Assembly (NCBI RefSeq): GCF_003231495.1
Contig: NZ_PQWO01000003.1
Coordinates: forward strand, 360,001-392,000
Origin: Acaryochloris thomasi RCC1774
GTDB taxonomy: Bacteria > Cyanobacteriota > Cyanobacteriia > Thermosynechococcales > Thermosynechococcaceae
DNA length: 32,000 nucleotides
Direction of reading: 5' to 3'
Part shown: in pieces, positions 26,507-32,000 of the stretch
Numbering within the stretch: position 1 is the stretch's first letter
Layout of the letters: each line of letters begins with the position of its first letter
The notes under the pieces: generated by a model
The model's input: only the letters and a program-made list of their open reading frames with translations
The model's database searches: none
What the model was told of the DNA's origin: nothing
Made by a program: the position numbers and the translations under genes

Positions 26507-27775
26507 CTAGCTAAGCTGATGCTGTGGAATATTCGGAGAAAGAGTGGGTGTCCCTGACAGCTCCCCATAGAGATGCACGAGCTGATGGTTAAGTTGACTC
26601 AGGCTGTAATTTTCCATGACGAAGGCTCGGCCCGCTTTACCCATCTGAGGCCATTGGTGAGGATGATCACATAGATACCGGAGTCGCTCCGCAAGGGCTG
26701 TTGCATCTCGCTCTGGAACCAAAAAGCCTGAAACTCCATCCTGGACTAGCTCGGGAATCCCGCCATGCTCGGTACTAATGACAGGGATACCCAAAGCCAT
26801 CGCCTCCTTTAAGACGTTGATGGGGGCATCCTGGTTGCCGTCCTTTGCAGTGACGCTGGGGGCGATGAAAATATGGGTTTGAGCCAAGATATCAATGATT
26901 TCATCCTCAGTTTGCCAGCCCCGCAACTGAATCTGAGAGGTTACTCCCAGCGTTTCGATCAGTTCCTGAAGCGGCTGCCTTAGAGGACCGTCACCCAGAA
27001 TTGAATACTGCAGCGAATAGCCCTGATCAATGAGCTGCGCCACGGCTCGAATCGCGTACTCAATGCCCTTTTTCTCTGCCAATCGTCCCGTTGTTGCCAC
27101 TCGGATCGGTCCCTGCTGGGGCAAAGAACGGGACTTAAACGGGAAACGATCGCATTCCAGGCCCGAGCGATGAACCACAATCCGGTCAGGAGGGCAGCCT
27201 AAGCGAATGGCACGGTCTCTAAAGAAATCGCAGTTGGTAAGAAAGAAATCACCCGCCTTAAAAAGGTGATCATAAATGTGGGATCCTTTCTGTTGGACAA
27301 ATCGGCTGATATCATCTCCGCGAAAGGTCGTGACCAGCTTAGCCTCCGGCGCGTGCATCGCTTGAAAACACAGACCTCGGTAGCTTTGAGTACCAAACTG
27401 ACAGTGGACAATGTCGTAATCCTTGTGATGGTTAGGGACCAGCGTATACAGCGCCCAAAGGGAGAGTGACCGTTTGCCCTGTTTGAGAATATTGAGCGAT
27501 CGCAACGTCGCGAAGGGATCTTGAGCCCAACAGTGGGCCAATAGCGGCAGTGCCTTAAGCACTCGAATCGCAAGATTTCCGGGTACTTTACTGAGATAAG
27601 TAGTGCGATCTAGAAGGTCATACTGCTCCACAAGCGGGTGCAGCTTTTGAGAATTGCCCTGCTGGTCAGCATAGATATCCACCTGATGTCCCCGCTCCAG
27701 TAAACCGGCGGCCTGATTGATGATAAAGGTCTCCGATAGGCTAGGAAAGGTACCGACAATAAAGGCAATGTTCAT
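26507..27775 (-). CDS. glycosyltransferase family 4 (GT-B, group 1)
   Basis: MNIAFIVGTFPSLSETF N-terminus and the C-terminal E-x7-E region EHGGIPELVQDGVSGFLVPERD. ATG at 27775 is preferred over the track start at 27793. Confidence 0.9.
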   Translation of the reverse strand: MNIAFIVGTFPSLSETFIINQAAGLLERGHQVDIYADQQGNSQKLHPLVEQYDLLDRTTYLSKVPGNLAIRVLKALPLLAHCWAQDPFATLRSLNILKQGKRSLSLWALYTLVPNHHKDYDIVHCQFGTQSYRGLCFQAMHAPEAKLVTTFRGDDISRFVQQKGSHIYDHLFKAGDFFLTNCDFFRDRAIRLGCPPDRIVVHRSGLECDRFPFKSRSLPQQGPIRVATTGRLAEKKGIEYAIRAVAQLIDQGYSLQYSILGDGPLRQPLQELIETLGVTSQIQLRGWQTEDEIIDILAQTHIFIAPSVTAKDGNQDAPINVLKEAMALGIPVISTEHGGIPELVQDGVSGFLVPERDATALAERLRYLCDHPHQWPQMGKAGRAFVMENYSLSQLNHQLVHLYGELSGTPTLSPNIPQHQLS

Positions 27776-27826
27776 AAGCGATCTATGTTCCACTGACTAG
27801 GCACAAGAAGACAGGACTAAACGACG

Positions 27827-28738
27827 TTAGCGGGGAGAAACGCCACCAAGTCGGAGCCTCACAAGCTCCCAAGCACTGACGTATCTGACAAAAAACATAG
27901 CAAGAGAGGCGGCTGCTTTTTGCTGCATCCCCTGCAGCGCTGAATTGCGAAACGTATTGACCACAAACCGCAGCGGCGGGACCAGATGTGTCGCTAGCGT
28001 CCAAGCAAAAAATGGGTCGGGCTGCGATCTCCGGTTGCTCAGATCGTATTCGCCTCCTACGAGACGAACAGTCCGCTGATAAAGCTGCCCCCAAGCGTAA
28101 CGAGCCGGGTGTTGAACCCTTGCTGCCTCAACGTAGCGCTGCTGATAGCCCGCTGCATAAACCCGCTGTCCCCACTCTAGATCGCCCCGAGACTTTAGCG
28201 ATCCATCGAACAGTCCCACGCGATCCATCACGGCCCGGAAGGTAAAAAGATTGGCCGTGGCCGCTCCTCTTTCTCGTGCCAGCAGGTCTGCCTGCGGAAA
28301 AGCGGTAATACTTTCGTACAGCTCAATGGGGTTAGGGCACTGCGGATTGCGAAAAAATATATCAATCGCCCCGGCCACTAAGCCACAGTTCGGTGTCTGC
28401 AAAAGTTCTGAGACACCCGCTTCTAACCAGTCTGCTGCTGGAATGCAGTCTGCATCAGTGAAGGCAAGAATGGTCCCTTTTGCGGCTGCAATGCCTCGGT
28501 TGCGAGCGGCGTAAGATCCTGGCTGAGGCTCATTGACATAGCGGGTCTGCCGGTGGTTCGCAGCAATTTCTGCAATGCCTTGACTGCGGTCAGAACCGTT
28601 ATCAATCACAATCACTTCGTAGGCGGAAGGATCATAGCTCTGCTGCTCCAGAGCTGCCAAGCAAAGCTGAAGTCGTTCAGCATCGTTAAAGACTGGCACA
28701 ATCACAGAAACAAATTGAGTCTGGTTCTGGTCACTCAC
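27827..28738 (-). CDS. glycosyltransferase family 2
   Basis: VSVIVPVFNDAERLQLCLAALEQQ, VIVIDNGSDRS and FTDADCIPAADWL. GTG start at 28738. Confidence 0.85.
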   Translation of the reverse strand: MSDQNQTQFVSVIVPVFNDAERLQLCLAALEQQSYDPSAYEVIVIDNGSDRSQGIAEIAANHRQTRYVNEPQPGSYAARNRGIAAAKGTILAFTDADCIPAADWLEAGVSELLQTPNCGLVAGAIDIFFRNPQCPNPIELYESITAFPQADLLARERGAATANLFTFRAVMDRVGLFDGSLKSRGDLEWGQRVYAAGYQQRYVEAARVQHPARYAWGQLYQRTVRLVGGEYDLSNRRSQPDPFFAWTLATHLVPPLRFVVNTFRNSALQGMQQKAAASLAMFFVRYVSAWELVRLRLGGVSPR

Positions 28739-28789
28739 GGCTCAACCTCAAAGAGATCACGCATCAAATTCGGGCTTGGGAATAGCAGT

Positions 28790-30247
28790 TCATCGAGCCG
28801 CCTGCTCAGCCTTCAGCTTCGTCCATTGCTCCTTGGTAAAATCTTCGTAGTAGGAGCGCTCTGTATTCACGTTCCAAAGATCGTGGGACTCGCCCAGAAT
28901 GTTTTTAGCCGCGAGCAGGCCCGTTAACATTGAGTGATCTTGGTTGTTATAGCGATGCATCCCGTTGCGACCAACGGTCTGCAGATTCTCAAAGGCTTCT
29001 AGATAATCACGAATAACCTGTAGATGCTGACGATATTCGCCGTCATAGACGGGGTAAGCTTTGCGCTGACGGATCACAACGCCGTCTTCCACCTGGCAAT
29101 CCTTGGGCATCAGGCCCAGGTCAGCGACTTCACGCGTGGCCAGCTCGATAAGGTTGCGATCGCACATTTCCCAAATCTCATCCCCTTCGCTGCAGAAATA
29201 CTCCATGCCTAGGCAGGTTTTGCTGGCATCTGGCACCATTGCCGGACTCCAGTTCTTGAAGTTTTGAATCCGGCCCACCTTAAAATCTGGATTGTGAATA
29301 TAGAGCCAATTATCGGGGAAAAGATCAGGATGATCGATGATCAGGGAAACAATCAGAAAGTCTCGGTATTTCAGCCCCTGGGCAGCTTCGAGCACTTCGG
29401 GCGGCGCGGCTGGAGACAGAAGCCGGACCAGCATCGTAACCGGAATACTAAAAATGAACTGCTCCCCTGAAAACTCAACTAAGTCTTCTCCCTGCTGAGC
29501 GATCACCCGCTCTATCATCATGCCTTGGCGTTCTACCTTGATCGCCTTCGTATTGAGATGGACTGATGCTCCCTTCTCAATGACTTTGTCCTGAAAGCGC
29601 TCCCACATCATGCCTGGCCCCAGCAAGGGATAGTCAAAAGTCTTAATAAGCGTCTTCGTATTTTCGCCCCCGAACAAAGCATTAATTACAGCCTGCTTCA
29701 GCGACAGCCCCTTGATTCGCTGAGCAGCCCACTCCGCTTGAATCTTGTTGCACGGAATTCCCCAAACCTTCTCTGTATAGGTTTTGAAAAAAGTCTGATA
29801 CAGCCGTCGTCCAAATCGATCGGTGACCCAATCTTCAAAGTTTTCAGGCTCCGGCCCCGGCGCTATTTTGGCCTTCGCCTTCGCCTTGAGATAGCTTAGA
29901 ACAATCGATGAACTCGTGATGGGGCCTAGATTCAAGAGCGTATTGAGAATGGATAAAGGATAATCAAAGAACTTCCCGTTGTAGTAAATTCTAGACATTC
30001 TCGGCACTTGAATAAATTCATCGCCCAGAACTTCTTGCCATAGTTGCTGCACTTCGCCAATTTTAGTGAAAAATCGGTGGCCGCCAATGTCAAATCGATA
30101 GCCTTTGTAAACCTCAGTACGAGAAATTCCGCCGACCATATCTGCCTGCTCTAAAACAGTGGGAGTTACACCATGTTTCGTCAGGTCATAGGCAGCCGTC
30201 AACCCTGCGGGACCTGCACCAATGATGATTGTTTCTTTCGATTTCAT
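28790..30247 (-). CDS. NAD(P)/FAD-dependent oxidoreductase (amine-oxidase / UDP-galactopyranose-mutase-like fold)
   Basis: Dinucleotide-binding motif IIIGAGPAGLTAAYDL followed by VLEQADMVGGISRT and FDIGGHRFF. 485 aa. Confidence 0.85.
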   Translation of the reverse strand: MKSKETIIIGAGPAGLTAAYDLTKHGVTPTVLEQADMVGGISRTEVYKGYRFDIGGHRFFTKIGEVQQLWQEVLGDEFIQVPRMSRIYYNGKFFDYPLSILNTLLNLGPITSSSIVLSYLKAKAKAKIAPGPEPENFEDWVTDRFGRRLYQTFFKTYTEKVWGIPCNKIQAEWAAQRIKGLSLKQAVINALFGGENTKTLIKTFDYPLLGPGMMWERFQDKVIEKGASVHLNTKAIKVERQGMMIERVIAQQGEDLVEFSGEQFIFSIPVTMLVRLLSPAAPPEVLEAAQGLKYRDFLIVSLIIDHPDLFPDNWLYIHNPDFKVGRIQNFKNWSPAMVPDASKTCLGMEYFCSEGDEIWEMCDRNLIELATREVADLGLMPKDCQVEDGVVIRQRKAYPVYDGEYRQHLQVIRDYLEAFENLQTVGRNGMHRYNNQDHSMLTGLLAAKNILGESHDLWNVNTERSYYEDFTKEQWTKLKAEQAAR

Positions 30248-30414
30248 AGAGCAACTACAATTTTTTCTGCAAGGGATCGTTGAGATAAAACGGTATAAAG
30301 AGATACACGCCTAAATAATTTCAAAAACAGACGCCGATCCTTAAGCCTGTTTCGTCTTGCTGGCTGCGGGAAAATGGCCCTTTGCAATTACAAGATTCAA
30401 GAGGCTAACTCAAA

Positions 30415-31428
30415 TCAAGGCGCAAACGTCGTCTCTTTAAAGATGAACCTCAGGTTGCCAATTGCAAATGATAGGCCACTGTAAAAATAATAGAAGATAT
30501 GCCAGGGGATGACCTGTAGTGCAAACAGAATACCTCTTTCTTTTTGAAAGAAGTGATACACAGGAATGTTGATCCCAATCACAAGACAGAGCAGTGCTGC
30601 CGTCAGGAGCCAGATGATTGGCCAAAATAAAGCAATGACGATGGATGCAAGGAACGCAAAGACTAGGACTACGCTCACTTGACTAGAAGTGCGTAGATTG
30701 AGATCGCTCGTAAACTTCGCGTAGTCCTGCGGACTTTCTTGCTTGATTTCTAACAGTAATGCTGTCCAAGGCAGAGCGCGATAGAAGACCTCAGCCCGCA
30801 GCAAAGAAAAAGGCTTCCAGCATTTCAAATGCTTCACCTGAATGTCTTTCTCTAGACCGATCTGATAGCCTGCTCGCTTGAGCCTGTAGCCCAGCTCGAT
30901 ATCTTCGATGCAGGGACGCCGATATTTTTCGTCAAATCCACCCACTTTTTCAAAAATAGGCCGTCGAATCGCTCCGCAAGCCCCCCAAAATGTGGAGGCT
31001 TCTTCATTGCCCAGCTGATGGTTGTAGTGGTGAAAGAGATTCTTATACTGAGACAGAAAGTTAGAGGCTCCGGGAGAATCATCATAGGAACCAATGAGCG
31101 CGGATAGGCTAGCGTTGTGTTCAAAGGCCTGTAGCACCTTGCTCATGGTGTCAGGATGGACCACCACGTCGGCATCAACAAAGAAAAGAATATCACCCTC
31201 TGCCACTGCCGCACCGGAGTTTCTTGCGACGGCTGGCCCTCTTGATTCAGGTAGCCTAATGAGCCGAGTCCCAAATTCATCCGCTAGCTTCCAGCTACTG
31301 TCTGATTCTCCGTCGGCAACAACAATGATTTCAGTGCCTGGAGGCGCAAACTCCGTCAGGCTCGCTAAGCATCGCCGAAAGCCATCTCCTCCGTTGTGTA
31401 CGGGAACAATTACAGATAGTTTTTGCAT
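30415..31428 (-). CDS. glycosyltransferase family 2 with a C-terminal transmembrane region
   Basis: LSVIVPVHNGGDGFRRCLASL, IIVVADGESDSS, FFVDADVVVHPD and CIEDIELGYRLKRAGYQI. The last ~100 aa contain hydrophobic helices (VVLVFAFLASIVIALFWPIIWLLTAALLCLVIGI). Confidence 0.85.
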   Translation of the reverse strand: MQKLSVIVPVHNGGDGFRRCLASLTEFAPPGTEIIVVADGESDSSWKLADEFGTRLIRLPESRGPAVARNSGAAVAEGDILFFVDADVVVHPDTMSKVLQAFEHNASLSALIGSYDDSPGASNFLSQYKNLFHHYNHQLGNEEASTFWGACGAIRRPIFEKVGGFDEKYRRPCIEDIELGYRLKRAGYQIGLEKDIQVKHLKCWKPFSLLRAEVFYRALPWTALLLEIKQESPQDYAKFTSDLNLRTSSQVSVVLVFAFLASIVIALFWPIIWLLTAALLCLVIGINIPVYHFFQKERGILFALQVIPWHIFYYFYSGLSFAIGNLRFIFKETTFAP

Positions 31429-32000
31429 AGCAAATGACAGCTAGATTCAGGATAGGCTTCTGTAAACAACAACCCATTGAGGATCGCATCTCTGCAAGCT
31501 TGGATTGACTGTGGCATGTTCATAAACATTCAGCGACTCTACATCTACATATTCAACAGTGCTGAATTGATCTACAAACGCCGAGTCGTGCGTCCCACAA
31601 AGTGAGGATCCCTAAAAGACAGTCATAACACATAGCATCGAGAAAGCTGCATCTAACTCCATCCGTCTGCCGAAGAAATTACGGGGGGAATGTGAGTTGA
31701 GATCGCACATGAAGCAGAACCGCTTGGCCATAAGATTCACAGAGGGTTCGGCACATAACAATACCTGATGTCTTGGGTCACCTGCCAGTTCAGCCAAGAT
31801 AGCTAAATGCCTAACCTTTGTTGCCCCTAACTTTAGGGCAGTGCTACTACTGACCTAGAGAAAAAGAATTTTCTTTCCACAGGCTAAATACTAGCATTGA
31901 AACCTCTATCCGTCCTGGTTTCGACCTATGAAAAAGTGGATTTATATGCCAATAAACGAAAGATTAGTAGAAGACTTAAGATTCAGAAGACATAGAAGTA

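Noticed and set aside
27783-28094. 103-aa minus-strand ORF overlapping the 3' part of the GT2 gene 27827..28738
   Set aside because: It is out of frame with a gene that has clear GT2 motifs. Its Arg/Ala/Ser-rich translation looks like frame shadow.
31927-32000. Partial plus-strand ORF starting at the ATG at 31927 and running off the window
   Set aside because: Only 24 codons are visible, so it is not reported as a feature. It is mentioned under the right-edge finding.

Overview
This is a 32-kb chromosomal window from a cyanobacterium. The evidence is at least 23 perfect copies of the HIP1 octamer GCGATCGC, a divergent ctaB-ctaA / ctaC-ctaD-ctaE cytochrome c oxidase layout, and an orphan groEL preceded by a CIRCE element. 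(1) 1-10.2 kb holds housekeeping or unassigned genes. These are a polytopic membrane protein, a tightly packed minus-strand operon (VOC/glyoxalase, 78-aa ORF, small P-loop kinase-like protein, class I aminotransferase), and a 544-aa membrane-anchored protein of unknown function preceded by a strongly structured leader. An MFS transporter, ilvB with a C-terminal CxxC..CxxC zinc-ribbon tail, and a hypothetical protein follow. (2) 10.2-12.6 kb looks like a small accessory islet. It holds a decayed toxin-antitoxin remnant (a 59-aa ORF plus a broken PIN fragment, both below the ORF-track cutoff), a tandem pair of paralogous Pol-beta-fold nucleotidyltransferases (YcgL/RlaP, PF10127-like by motif), and a decayed ghost copy of the ctaB 3' end. 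(3) 12.6-20.4 kb holds ctaB-ctaA, ctaCDE and groEL. (4) 20.5-31.4 kb is a nine-gene minus-strand glycan (EPS/LPS-type) cluster. It has four GT2, one GT4, a Wzx-type flippase, an FAD oxidoreductase, an AT-rich small membrane protein, and a divergent asparagine-synthetase-like protein without the glutaminase nucleophile. I recognised no rRNA, tRNA, CRISPR array, transposase or integrase. The best candidate for an undescribed system is the stand-alone nucleotidyltransferase pair. The second is the AsnB-like enzyme inside the glycan cluster. All functional calls come from motif recognition by eye; no database search was run.
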